A stretch of 64,000 nucleotides of DNA from Eledone cirrhosa (GCA_964016885.1 OZ024744.1:57970001-58034000), one strand, 5' to 3'; numbered from the stretch's first letter, positions 1 to 14,057 are shown. The notes: generated from the letters alone by a model not told the origin. Numbers and translations are program-made.

Positions 1-925
1 TTGAGATAGCTCGGAACATAGGGGAAAGAATAGACCAACACTGGAGTAAAGTAAAAGGACAAAAAGACGATTCAGTACTATATGAACACACCAGACAAAG
101 ACTTGATCATAATATATACAACATAGAAATCAAAATAATATCTAAACATAGAAATGACTTAACAGGTAGACAAATCATAGAAGCGACTGAAATAGAACTA
201 AAATAACTAAAGTTGAGCAGAAAAAATGAATGAAATAACAATACACAAACACACAATAGTGACCTAAGATAAATATAGATAAATAAATATACACGGGTAC
301 AATAGCAACAACCACACACAAACACACGCTAATGAACAAAGATAGAATACAAACACACACAGACTCAGACATGAACACAAACCAAACAGAAAACACACAC
401 AAATGTATGCGCAAACAGAGACAAGAATAAATGAATAAAAATAGAATAATCATTACAATACAACGGGAGAAAACATAATAGTACCACTGATGATGTCACA
501 GGTGTGTGATGAAAGAACTTTGATAGTCTATATATATATATGTATATCTATATTTTTAACCGTTGGTCAATCAACGATAAACATTGATTGCTAGATAAAT
601 TAATTATAGGGATATAAAATATACAGAAGCGAAAACCAATCCAAACCAAACAGTGAGTGTGTTGTATTATTATTTCTGGCAATGGGGCGATGGATTGGCA
701 GTATCGGTAGAGGGTCGGACGCCATGCTTTGACGCATAGAGTTACGGCGCTTGCCATTCTGAGTTCAAATCCCGCTGAGCTTAACTTTGCCATTCATCCT
801 TACGGAGTCGATAAAATAAAGTACCAGTAATGTACTGGGTAATTGCTGGCCTTGTGCCAAAAATAGAAACAATTATTTCTGGCAATATTATAACAATATG
901 ACCCTCCCCAAATATAACAATATAT
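1..925 (+). mobile_element. Degenerate PLE 3' fragment (GIY-YIG C-terminus plus pLTR with HHR motif), interrupted by a SINE
   Basis: 1-240 parallels the GIY-YIG ORF at 7165-7420 but has stops. CTGATGA-t-gtcaca-ggtg-tgtgat-GAAA-gaac at ~487-520. Ends in ATGACCCTCCC, as do the copies at 1870 and 7910. Confidence 0.8.
684..871 (+). mobile_element. tRNA-derived SINE with Deu/Nin-like core, 15-bp TSD
   Basis: A box-like TGGCAGTATCGG, B box-like GAGTTCAAATCCC, core CATCCTTACGGAGTCGATAAAAT. ATTATTTCTGGCAAT is duplicated at 669-683 and 872-886; an empty site is seen near 1841-1856. Confidence 0.85.
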
Positions 926-1511
926 AAACCTACCCTTTTAAGAAAACCCACTGTACTAATAGGAAATGTATTATATGTAAAGTAAACCCCCGTATAAACT
1001 GTAAAACTAGAAACGTAGTCTATTGCATAAGATGTACAGAGGGCACTTGCAGAAACATGACAACAACATACATAGGTGAGACAGTTCGTAGCATAGGTGA
1101 AAGGATAGACCAACACTGGGAGGAAACTAAAAGGACGAAAAAACAGTTCAGTACTATACGAACCTGCCAGACAACAACATGACGGTAACATAGACAACAT
1201 AGAAATTAGAATAATATCTAAACATACAAATGACCCAGCAGATAGGCAAATCAGAGAGGCCAGCGAAATAGAACTTAGAAGGCCAAGGCTAAACAGAAAA
1301 AATGAATGGAATAACAACACCCAAACAAACAACACTAACCTAAGAGAAGTATAAATAAATAAATACATACACAAGCACAATAACAACAAACACATAAACA
1401 CACACTAGTAAACTAAGAGAGAATACAATAACCAATACACAGTCACCCAAACACGAACACACATCAAACACAATATACACACGCAAACGCATGCGCAGAG
1501 AAGACAAAAAA

Positions 1512-1546
<35 letters not shown>

Positions 1547-1897
1547 AAATAAATAAATAAATAAATAAAAATAAAAAATAAATAAATAAACAGACGACGA
1601 CTAAATAAAGATGGCGTAGGCACACAATACAACAAGAGGAAACATAAAGCACCACTGACGATGTTGCAGATGTGCAACGAAAGAACTTTGTTAGACTATA
1701 TATGTGTGTTTGTGTCTATATTATATCTGTATTTTTGACCGTTGGTCAGTCAATGGTAACATTGAGGACCGAATAAATTAAATTAACCGATATAAAAGAC
1801 ATAGAAGCAAAAACCAACCAAACAGTGAGTGTGTTCTGTTATTAATTCTGGCAATATTATTACACAAATATGACCCTCCCCAAGTATAACAATATAT
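926..1897 (+). mobile_element. Second tandem degenerate PLE 3' fragment of the same family
   Basis: GIY-YIG remnants (CKTRNV, YIGET) at ~1000-1310; CTGACGA-t-gttgca-gatg-tgcaac-GAAA at ~1655-1683; same tail as the first copy. Confidence 0.8.
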
Positions 1898-2591
1898 AAC
1901 AGTAAAGGAAAAATAATCGAGCCTTCACTCTTTGTAAAATTAACAAAAGAAGAATTCCTTAGGAACTTACTATTGGGTGGTATTTTAAGAGATTTTGTTA
2001 CAGTACTTATGTAAAATCCGTAAACTTTGAAAAACTTATATTTACACAAATCTGAAATATTTCCTTTGTTGAATAATCTATCCGGATTTTTTTCATCTTT
2101 TATATAATCTTCTTTCAGATAAGACTTTTACTTAGCTAATTCTATAAATTTACCAGTGTTTGTTAAGAAAAGACGGCTATTCACTCTTTAGCAGGTGAAT
2201 GAATAGTTCATTTCTTAGTAAAAACAATCTAAAATTGATGAAAGATGGTAGAACGGCCTAATGAAATAGCAAAATATTTTTACCATAGGTTTTGAAACGG
2301 TTACATTTAAACAAATAAACCAAGAACACTTATCACATGTGTGCATGTATGTATATATATACATGCTACTGTACGTCTGTATACATATATGTATGTACGT
2401 ATACATACTTATATTTAAGTAACAGCCGTACTAAGAGTGAGAAATGAAATTTCGTTTCATTTTTTCCGTTTATCGTTTTCGGTGCGCCCGGCCGATTAAC
2501 TCACTCGATATGCAAATTAGGCTGCTCAGCAGTTGATATACATAAGGAAAGTATATACTTTCAGACGTTCAATCATCTGGCAGGAAGGTAT

Positions 2592-2634
2592 ACGTTGCTG
2601 ACGATAGCTAATAAGCTTGAAACTAGTACATCGT
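2592..2634 (+). ncRNA. Type I hammerhead ribozyme motif, palindromic stem III (CTAG)
   Basis: acgttg-CTGACGA-t-agct-aata-agct-t-GAAA-ctag-TA-catcgt; stem I can extend imperfectly over ~2567-2653. Confidence 0.65.
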
Positions 2635-2851
2635 TCCTTTGTCAGTGTTGAACAAACGAGCAACGATGGTTGCTAGACACTGTACGGCTTAATTCGGGAT
2701 GTTTGTTTACAAACACATCGAGCATTATAATAAATGTTCGGTGAATCCATACGTACATATATATATGTGTGTGCATGTATGTATATATATATACATGCTA
2801 CTGTACGTGTGTATACGTATATGTATGTAAGTATACATACTTATACTTATC

Positions 2852-3240
2852 ATATCATCATCGATTAACGTCTATCTTCCAAGCTAGCATGGGTTAGACG
2901 GGTTTGTCCCATTTAGAGGCAAATTGGGTTGGGTGACCGTGTCTCACTCATATAGGGGTATACCTGGCCGGTTTTCTAACGCCAACCATATTGTCTGTGT
3001 GTGCTTTTTGGCATGTCTTTTACACGTCCACTTTACATTGTGGGCTAGGTGTTTTGGGGCTGATTTTCTACGGCTGGATGTCCTACTTAACGCCAACCAC
3101 ATTTACAGTGTGCTGGGTGCTTTTTGTTGTGACACCTACACAGTCACTTTATAGTGTGAGCTAGATGTTCTTTACAGTGTGGACTAGGCACCTTTGTCAT
3201 GTCACCAACACAACACAGTGGGGCCTGAGCACTTTTGTCT
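2852..3240 (-). mobile_element. RTE-tailed SINE-like repeat with internal degenerate repeats
   Basis: (CAT)n followed by TTAACGTC..GCTAGCATGGGTTAGACGGG, the reverse complement of the RTE 3' end at 17650-17700; similar copies at ~17802, 28000, 28535 and 35765. Confidence 0.65.
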
Positions 3241-6200
3241 TAGGACTAGGGAGGGTGGAGAGGCTAGGGGGAAAAAACTCTGTAGTGTATCAAAATGTAG
3301 AAAAATCCTATTAATTGCCATTTTTAAGCTTAACCAGCTTGCTGACACATTCACCAGAATATTTCTATACTCTGTATCACAAAAGCAACAAAGCTCCTCT
3401 AACAGCCCTTTTTGTTTTGAAATCTTATAAAAAAGGTTAAATAAATCAATTTAAAGGTCTTCTATGTCGAAACAACATTTATCTCTAAATTTGGTTGAAG
3501 TAAAGGAAGCAATGTTTTGTACAAGATGACAATGGCATCCCATGAAACAAACAAGTATTGTTTATATTGTAAACTATAGATAACTGTTTATATTGTAAAC
3601 TATAGATAACTGTTTATATTGTGAAGTATAGATAACTGTTTATATTGTAAACTATAGATAACTGTTTATATTGTAAACTATAGATACCTGTTTAAATTGT
3701 AAACTATAGATAACTGTTTATATTGTAAACTATAGATAACTGTTTATATTGTGAAGTATAGATAACTGTTTATATTGTGAACTATAGATAACTGTTTATA
3801 TTGTAAACTATAGATACCTGTTTATATTGTAAACTATAGATAACTGTTTATATTGTAAACTTTAGATAACTGTTTATATTGTGAAGTATAGATAACTGTT
3901 TATATTGTAAACTATTGATACCTGTTTATATTGTAAACTATAGATAACTGTTTATATTGTAAACTATAGATAACTGTTTATATTGTAAACTATAGATAAC
4001 TGTTTATATTGTAAACTATAGATAACTGTTTATATTGTAAACTATAGATACCTGTTTATATTGTAAACTATAGATAACTGTTTATATTGTAAACTATAGA
4101 TAACTGTTTATATTGTAAACTATAGATAACTGTTTATATTGTGAAGTATAGATAACTGTTTATATTGTAAACTATAGATAACTGTTTATATTGTAAACTA
4201 TAGATACCTGTTTAAATTGTAAACTATAGATAACTGTTTATATTGTAAACTATAGATAACTGTTTATATTGTGAAGTATAGATAACTGTTTATATTGTGA
4301 ACTATAGATAACTGTTTATATTGTAAACTATAGATACCTGTTTATATTGTAAACTATAGATAACTGTTTATATTGTAAACTTTAGATAACTGTTTATATT
4401 GTGAAGTATAGATAACTGTTTATATTGTAAACTATTGATACCTGTTTATATTGTAAACTATAGATAACTGTTTATATTGTAAACTATAGATAACTGTTTA
4501 TATTGTAAACTATAGATAACTGTTTATATTGTAAACTATAGATAACTGTTTATATTGTAAACTATAGATACCTGTTTATATTGTAAACTATAGATAACTG
4601 TTTATATTGTAAACTATAGATAACTGTTTATATTGTAAACTATAGATACCTGTTTATATTATAAACTATAGATACCTGTTTATATTGTAAACTATAGATA
4701 ACTGTTTATATTGTGAGCTATAGATAACTGTTTATATTGTAAACTATAGATAACTGTTTATATTGTAAACTATAGATAACTGTTTATATTGTAAACTATA
4801 GATAACTGTTTATATTGTACACTATAGATAACTGTTTATATTGTACACTATAGATAACTGTTTATATTGTGAAGTATAGATAACTGTTTATATTGTAAAC
4901 TATAGATAACTGTTTATATTGTAAACTATAGATACCTGTTTATATTGTAAACTATAGATAACTGTTTATATTGTAAACTATAGATAACTGTTTATATTGT
5001 ACACTATAGATAACTGTTTATATTGTACACTATAGATAACTGTTTATATTGTAAAGTATAGATAACTGTTTATATTGTAAACTATAGATAACTGTTTATA
5101 TTGTAAACTATAGATACCTGTTTATATTGTAAACTATAGATAACTGTTTATATTGTAAACTATAGATAACTGTTTATATTGTAAACTATAGATAACTGTT
5201 TATATTGTAAACTATAGATAACTGTTTATATTGTACACTATAGATAACTGTTTATATTGTACACTATAGATAACTGTTTATATTGTACACTATAGATAAC
5301 TGTTTATATTGTGAAGTATAGATAACTGTTTATATTGTAAACTATAGATAACTGTTTATATTGTAAACTATAGATAACTGTTTATATTGTAAACTATAGA
5401 TAACTGTTTATATTGTAAACTATAGATACCTGTTTATATTGTAAACTATAGATAACTGTTTATATTGTGAAGTATAGATAACTGTTTATATTGTAAACTA
5501 TAGAGAACTGTTTATATTGTAAACTATAGATACCTGTTTATATTGTAAACTATTGATAACAGTTTATATTGTAAACTATAGATACCTGTTTATATTGTAA
5601 ACTATAGATAACTGTTTATATTGTAAACTATAGATAACTGTTTATATTGTAAACTATAGAGAACTGTTTATATTGTAAACTATAGATAACTGTTTATATT
5701 GTAAACTATTGATAACTGTTTATATTGTAAACTATAGATACCTGTTTATATTGTAAACTATAGATAACTGTTTATATTGTAAACTATAGATAACTGTTTA
5801 TATTGTAAACTATAGATAACTGTTTATATTGTAAACTATAGATAACTGTTTATATTGTGAACTATAGATAACTGTTTATATTGTAAACTATAGATAACTG
5901 TTTATATTGTAAACTATAGATACCTGTTTATATTGTAAACTATAGATAACTGTTTATATTGTAAACTATTGATAACTGTTTATATTGTAAACTATAGATA
6001 CCTGTTTATATTGTAAACTATAGATACCTGTTTATATTGTAAACTATAGATAACTGTTTATATTGTAAACTATAGATAACTGTTTATATTGTAAACTATA
6101 GATAACTGTTTATATTGTAAACCATTGATACCTGTTTATATTGTAAACTATTGATAACTGTTTATATTGTAAACTATAGATAACTGTTTATATTGTAAAC

Positions 6201-6963
6201 TATAGATAACTGTTTATATTGTACACTATAGATAACTGTTTATATTGTACACTATAGATAACTGTTTATATTGTACACTATAGATAACTGTTTATATTGT
6301 GAAGTATAGATAACTGTTTATATTGTACACTATAGATAACTGTTTATATTGTACACTATAGATAACTGTTTATATTGTACACTATAGATAACTGTTTATA
6401 TTGTGAAGTATAGATAACTGTTTATATTGTAAACTATAGATAACTGTTTATATTGTAAACTATAGATAACTGTTTATATTGTAAACTATAGATAACTGTT
6501 TATATTGTAAACTATAGATACCTGTTTATATTGTGAACTATAGATAACTGTTTATATTGTAAACTATAGATAACTGTTTATATTGTGAAGTATAGATAAC
6601 TGTTTATATTGTAAACTATAGAGAACTGTTTATATTGTAAACTATAGATACCTGTTTATATTGTAAACTATTGATAACAGTTTATATTGTAAACTATAGA
6701 TACCTGTTTATATTGTAAACTATAGATAACTGTTTATATTGTAAACTATAGATAACTGTTTATATTGTAAACTATAGATAACTGTTTATATTGTAAACTA
6801 TAGATAACTGTTTATATTGTAAACTATTGATAACTGTTTATATTGTAAACTATAGATACCTGTTTATATTGTAAACTATTGATAACTGTTTATATTGTAA
6901 ACTATTGATAACTGTTTATATTGTAAACTATAGATAACTGTTTATATTGTAAACTATTGATAA

Positions 6964-7114
6964 AAACACTTATTAGCAAGACATACCCGTTCCAAAGACC
7001 CTCATGTATAGATAAGAAATGTATAACCTGTAAAATAAGCCCCCATATTAACTGTAAAACTAGAAATGTAGTATATAGCATAAGATGTACTGAGGGACAA
7101 TGTAGAAACAAAAA

Positions 7115-7157
<43 letters not shown>

Positions 7158-7992
7158 GTGTACATAGGTGAGACAGCTCGTAGTATAGGGGAACGAATAA
7201 ATGAACACTGGCGAGACCTCCAAGATAGTAAAGAATCATCTGTGCTCTACCAACATGCTAAGATAGAACACAGGGGTAAATTAGAGAGCATAGAAATAAA
7301 AATAGAATCCACACACAAGAAAGACGCAATGTTTAGGCAAATTACAGAGGCAGTAAGCATAAAAGAATTAAAACCAAAATTAAATAGAAAATATGAGTGG
7401 AACAGCAACATCACAACTTACAATTAAGGACAAAATGAAAACACACACACACATATATAAACAACTTACAATTGAAAACACACACAAAATGAAAACACAC
7501 ACAAGACAAAATGAAAACACACACACACATAGAACAAACAACCAACCAACAATAAATAAATAAATAAACAAACAAATATAAATATAAAAATATAAAAATA
7601 GAAAAATGAACACAAACACACACAGACACCCGGATGTGGCGCATGCGCAAACTGAGCACGCAACCCACACACAAACAAAATGGCGTAGGATAGAAGAAAG
7701 GAAAGGCACAGAAACGAAGAAAGAAATCCCCAGTCACTGAAGAGGTCACAGAGTGTGTGACGAAAGAACTATGACTATATATATATAAACAACTATCTGG
7801 TTGTGGAACCAACCAACCAACCAGAAATTTATAAATTTGTAAATTTATAAATATATATTAAATTAAATTGAAGTGAAAGCAACTGGTGCGTGTGTTTCTT
7901 ATTGGCAACATGACCCTCCCAAAGTATAACAATATCGGTTTCAACACACGATTTCAGATAAAGAATCTTGCTAAACAAATTCAGAAACGAAA
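6964..7992 (+). mobile_element. 5'-truncated PLE (Cys-rich linker, GIY-YIG endonuclease, pLTR with HHR) inserted in the satellite
   Basis: ORF 6957-7427: CKTRNVVYSIRC...YIGETARSIGERINEH...RQITEAVSI...LNRKYEW. TATTGATAA flanks both sides. Confidence 0.9.
7732..7776 (+). ncRNA. Minimal type I hammerhead ribozyme in the PLE pLTR
   Basis: agtca-CTGAAGA-g-gtcaca-gagtg-tgtgac-GAAA-gaac-TA-tgact; perfect stems I and II, 2-bp stem III. Confidence 0.8.
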
Positions 7993-10900
7993 TATTGATA
8001 ACTGTTTATATTGTAAACTATAGATACCTGTTTATATTGTAAACTATTGATAACAGTTTATATTGTAAACTATAGATACTTGTTTATATTGTAAACTATA
8101 GATAACTGTTTATATTGTAAACTATTGATAACTGTTTATATTGTAAACTATAGATAACAGTTTATATTGTAAACTATTGATACCTGTTTATATTGTAAAC
8201 TATAGATACCTGTTTATATTGTAAACTATAGATACCTGTTTATATTGTAAACTATAGATAACTGTTTATATTGTAAACTATAGATAACTGTTTATATTGT
8301 AAACTATAGATAACTGTTTATATTGTAAACCATTGATACCTGTTTATATTGTAAACTATTGATAACTGTTTATATTGTAAACTATAGATAACTGTTTATA
8401 TTGTAAACTATAGATAACTGTTTATATTGTACACTATAGATAACTGTTTATATTGTACACTATAGATAACTGTTTATATTGTACACTATAGATAACTGTT
8501 TATATTGTGAAGTATAGATAACTGTTTATATTGTACACTATAGATAACTGTTTATATTGTACACTATAGATAACTGTTTATATCGTACACTATAGATAAC
8601 TGTTTATATTGTGAAGTATAGATAACTGTTTATATTGTAAACTATAGATAACTGTTTATATTGTAAACTATAGATAACTGTTTATATTGTAAACTATAGA
8701 TAACTGTTTATATTGTAAACTATAGATACCTGTTTATATTGTGAACTATAGATAACTGTTTATATTGTAAACTATAGATAACTGTTTATATTGTGAAGTA
8801 TAGATAACTGTTTATATTGTAAACTATAGAGAACTGTTTATATTGTAAACTATAGATACCTGTTTATATTGTAAACTATTGATAACAGTTTATATTGTAA
8901 ACTATAGATACCTGTTTATATTGTAAACTATAGATAACTGTTTATATTGTAAACTATAGATAACTGTTTATATTGTAAACTATAGATAACTGTTTATATT
9001 GTAAACTATAGATAACTGTTTATATTGTAAACTATTGATAACTGTTTATATTGTAAACTATAGATACCTGTTTATATTGTAAACTATTGATAACTGTTTA
9101 TATTGTAAACTATTGATAACTGTTTATATTGTAAACTATAGATAACTGTTTATATTGTAAACTATTGATAACTGTTTATATTGTAAACTATAGATACCTG
9201 TTTATATTGTAAACTATTGATAACAGTTTATATTGTAAACTATAGATACTTGTTTATATTGTAAACTATAGATAACTGTTTATATTGTAAACTATTGATA
9301 ACTGTTTATATTGTAAACTATAGATAACAGTTTATATTGTAAACTATTGATACCTGTTTATATTGTAAACTATAGATAACTGTTTATATTGTAAACTATA
9401 GATGACTGTTTATATTGTGAACTATAGATAACTGTTTATATTGTAAACTATTGATACCTGTTTATATTGTAAACTATAGATACCTGTTTATATTGTAAAC
9501 TATAGATAACTGTTTATATTGTGAACTATTGATAACTGTTTATATTGTAAACTATAGATACCTGTTTATATTGTAAACTATTGATAACAGTTTATATTGT
9601 AAACTATAGATACTTGTTTATATTGTAAACTATAGATAACTGTTTATATTGTAAACTATTGATAACTGTTTATATTGTAAACTATAGATAACAGTTTATA
9701 TTGTAAACTATTGATACCTGTTTATATTGTAAACTATAGATAACTGTTTATATTGTAAACTATAGATGACTGTTTATATTGTGAACTATAGATAACTGTT
9801 TATATTGTAAACTATTGATACCTGTTTATATTGTAAACTATAGATACCTGTTTATATTGTAAACTATAGATAACTGTTTATATTGTGAACTATTGATAAC
9901 TGTTTATATTGTAAACTATAGATAACTGTTTATATTGTAAACTATAGATACCTGTTTATATTGTGAACTATTGATAACTGTTTATATTGTAAACTATAGA
10001 TAACTGTTTATATTGTAAACTATTGATACCTGTTTATATTGTAAACTATTGATACCTGTTTATATTGTAAACTATAGATAACTGTTTATATTGTAAACTA
10101 TTGATACCTGTTTATATTGTGAAGTATAGATAACAGTTTATATTGTAAACTATAGATAACTGTTTATATTGTAAACTATAGATACCTGTTTATATTGTAA
10201 ACTATAGATAACTGTTTATATTGTGAAGTATAGATAACAGTTTATATTGTGAAGTATAGATATCTGTTTATATTGTAAACTATAGATAACTGTTTATATT
10301 GTACACTATAGATAACTGTTTATATTGTAAACTATTGATACCTGTTTATATTGTAAACTATAGATAACTGTTTATATTGTAAACTATAGATAACTGTTTA
10401 TATTGTAAACTATAGATAACTGTTTATATTGTGAACTATAGATACCTGTTTATATTGTAAACTATAGATAACTGTTTATATTGTAAACTATTGATACCTG
10501 TTCATATTGTAAACTATAGATAACTGTTTATATTGTAAACTATTGATACCTGTTTATATTGTAAACTATTGATACCTGTTTATATTGTAAACTATAGATA
10601 ACTGTTTATATTGTAAACTATTGATACCTGTTTATATTGTGAAGTATAGATAACAGTTTATATTGTAAACTATAGATAACTGTTTATATTGTAAACTATA
10701 GATACCTGTTTATATTGTAAACTATAGATAACTGTTTATATTGTGAAGTATAGATAACAGTTTATATTGTGAAGTATAGATATCTGTTTATATTGTAAAC
10801 TATAGATAACTGTTTATATTGTAAACTATAGATAACTGTTTATATTGTAAACTATTGATACCTGTTTATATTGTAAACTATAGATAACTGTTTATATTGT

Positions 10901-13042
10901 AAACTATAGATAACTGTTTATATTGTAAACTATAGATAACTGTTTATATTGTGAACTATAGATAACTGTTTATATTGTAAACTATAGATAACTGTTTATA
11001 TTGTGAAGTATAGATAACTGTTTATATTGTAAACTATAGATAACTGTTTATATTGTGAAGTATAGATATAAGTGAATTATCTTACCATGTTTAAGCTGCA
11101 ATTGTCTAACCTAAAGCCAACACAGTTGACCTACAGTGTTTCATTCTTATTCATAGAATCTTGAATTTTCTTATATTTCTACTTTGTCACAATTGAAGTA
11201 AACATATCAAAGACCTTTATTACAACCGTTTATGTGTAGTTTATTCATATGAAACATTCTAACATTTAAGAGGCTCATCCTATTTGGAGAAGCCCTATGT
11301 ATAAAAACAAGATGCCTGATACAGCTCTTAATTTCTGCTTTAGTATCTGCTATATGGATGTGACTTGACCCATTCTGACCTGTTTATATCTTATCCCCCT
11401 ACACCATCGCTCTTTTGTAATTATTTTCATCATCAATGTACCTGTCACAACTCTATCCAAGATCACTCCCAACCCCTTTTTTTCCTCATCTTACCCTATT
11501 AAGTTCCACTGAATTTGTTACGGCTCTTTAGTAGCCATTTTCCTCATCACTGCACCCTCTACGCTATCTGTAATTAATTCCAGCCCTATGGAAGTTGTCA
11601 TGTCTTTGACAGAACTGAAGAGTCCTCTTTATCCTTTATTAGGCAAATTTTCTCAGGATGCCCTTCCCTACCAACCACTTTACAGAGTGTACAGAGCATG
11701 TTTTATTGTGCCAACAACACCAAAGAGGTTGTGTTGCCCTTGAAACACTAAAAAGTATTCTCAACCTTTTTTTTTTTTTGTGGTTTCTAGTTGGATGCCT
11801 TTTCTATTACCAACAACCTTACAGGATGTACTGTTGTATATTATCATGGCACCAGAAAACTACACATGATAACTGGATGCCTTTTACCCTCAGACCATAA
11901 TAGCAGGTAATCTTGATACCTCTATGAACCCTTAAAATACAATGTGCCAACCCATCCTAGTGGTTATGTTCTGACATTTATTAATCACTGCTCTGCTGCA
12001 TTTTAAGGGAGTACAAGAAGATGATGGTTAAACCAGAGTATCCAGCAGATATGCTGGAATTTTGTAAAATGTCCATCATCCACCACTTTGACAAGCTGTC
12101 ATCAAAACATTATAAAAAATAAAGTAGGAAATCTAGACTGGACAACATTCCAGCTGATATTTTGAAGGGTGGTTATATATTAAAGTTGTGTATTAAGCAG
12201 CTGAAGTAGGTGTATATCTGTCTGTACCTGTGTTTATATTTACACTGCTTAACAACCAGTACTGTTTGTTTATGACCTGTAACTAAAATAGAGATCAATG
12301 AGATAAATCCAGACTTTTTTTTTTTTAAATAGGTACTGGGATCATTATAATTGATTAAACCCCAACTTGGCCACAGTCTAATGAATATAATCAGTAAAAG
12401 AGTAAATGAATAAATAGAGTACTCTCGCTTGTCTACATAATTGTATATTGTAGTACTTTATTGTTAAATAATTATTATATATGCTAACATATTATCATAC
12501 ACAAATCACTGTGAATTTATACATACAGGCATGGCTCTGTGGTTAAAACCCTTTAACATTTAAACCAGCTGTTTCCAGCCAGAATTCTCTCACCTCTTTC
12601 TGTTCAATCTGGCTGTAGCTGGCCACTCATACTGATGTTAAGGTATTGTTATCAAAATAAATAACATCAAAATCTCAGAGATTCAATATTATGTGAGATA
12701 ATTATGTGACATAAAGCTTTTACCACAAAAATACAATAGTAAATATAGAGTAATGTAAATACTAAAGGGTTAAATGAGTTTGCTTTACAACCATCACCAT
12801 CACCACCCATGCCAATCATTACCATCAGCAACAGCACCACCATCACTACCATCACCACCAACATCATCATTCCTACTATTACCAACACCACCATCACCAC
12901 CACTACTATCATCACACCATCACCATCAATATTAGTGTAACAACTATAATTAAGCTAGACTCATTACCAAAGTAACCTTGGATTATGAGAAATATCTATG
13001 TGAAGAATTAAATAAATAAACATATATATATATATATATATA

Positions 13043-13412
13043 GTAATAATTGTTTCTACTTCTGGCACAAGGCCAGCAATTACCCAGTACATTACTGGTA
13101 CTTTATTTTATCGACCCCTGTAAGGATGAAAGGCAAAGTTAACCTCGGTGGGATTTGAACTCAGACCATAAAGGGACGTAACTCTTTGCTGCAAAGCATG
13201 GCATCCGACCCTCTACCGATACTGCCAATAATAATAATATTAATGTTTCTACTTTTGGCACAAGGCCAGCAATTACCCCAGTGCATTACTGGTACTTTAT
13301 TTTATCGACCTCGTAAGGATGAAAGGCAAAGTTAACCACAGTGGGATTTGAACTCAGAACATAAAGGACCATAACACCTTACTGCAAAGCATGGTGTCTG
13401 TTGCTCTACCAA
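13043..13412 (-). mobile_element. Two tandem Deu/Nin-core tRNA-SINE copies
   Basis: Reverse complements of the 684-871 SINE at ~13043-13230 and ~13238-13412. Confidence 0.85.
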
Positions 13413-13482
13413 TAAATGTGAAGACTAAAATCTGAAGAGGGCTTGATAAGGATTTATATATATATATAAAACATATATATAT

Positions 13483-13615
13483 TAGAGCAAATATTTATTA
13501 TAAGAACAAATTAAAGTTTAAGCAAAGAATCGTTGCTTTCACCCTTAACGGGATCCTGTGAAACTAAAAAGATCAATCTGTGGACGCAGAAGTAAATATT
13601 TTGAAAAATGTTACA
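13483..13615. repeat. Dispersed repeat, unclassified
   Basis: ~13500-13615 is the reverse complement of ~34002-34120. Confidence 0.55.
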
Positions 13616-13867
13616 ACTGAAGGAAAACAGGAAGACAATACTTTGGTTCGTGAAGACGTTCTCTGACGATGAACAGGAAAAACAGCGAGGATAATTATGT
13701 CGTAATGTGGAGCGGTGAGAACAATTTCTTGCAAAGACAAAAACACGTTTATGGTATAAAAGAAATCATTAGACTAATATTCTATTTAGAATAACCGAAT
13801 GATTTCCAACTCCGGAGTTTGTGAATAATGTAAATAAAATTGTTAAACGAAAATGACAGAGGTTATT

Positions 13868-14057
13868 AATAATAATTGTTTCTACTTTAGGCACAAGGCC
13901 AGCAATTACCCAGTGCATTACTGGTACTTTATTTTATCGACCCCGTAAGGATGAAAGGCAAAGTTAACCTCAGCGGGATTTGAACTCAGACCGTAAAGGG
14001 ACGTAACTATGCTGGAAAGCATGGCATCCGACCTTCTACCGATACTGCCAATCCCCA
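13868..14057 (-). mobile_element. Deu/Nin-core tRNA-SINE
   Basis: Same family as 684-871. Confidence 0.85.

Larger units (their letters stand above)
3559..11068. repeat. 26-bp satellite (TATTGTAAACTATAGATAACTGTTTA)n, roughly 250 units, interrupted at 6964-7992
   Basis: Directly visible tandem array with recurrent variants (GTGAAG, GTACAC, GATACC, TATTGA). Confidence 0.98.

Noticed and set aside
7028-7080. Satellite monomer derived from the PLE (TGTAAAACTAGA similarity)
   Set aside because: Short AT-rich match, compatible with chance.
3559-11068. CRISPR-like array
   Set aside because: Units are contiguous with no unique spacers, there are no cas genes, and the context is eukaryotic.
11086-11130. 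Possible 45-nt minus-strand exon (AG|VNCVGFRLDNCSLNM|GTAAGA)
   Set aside because: Weak polypyrimidine tract, no partner exons or recognisable homology; needs RNA-seq.
13663-13690. CTGACGA...GAAA as an HHR
   Set aside because: No stem II or stem I pairing.
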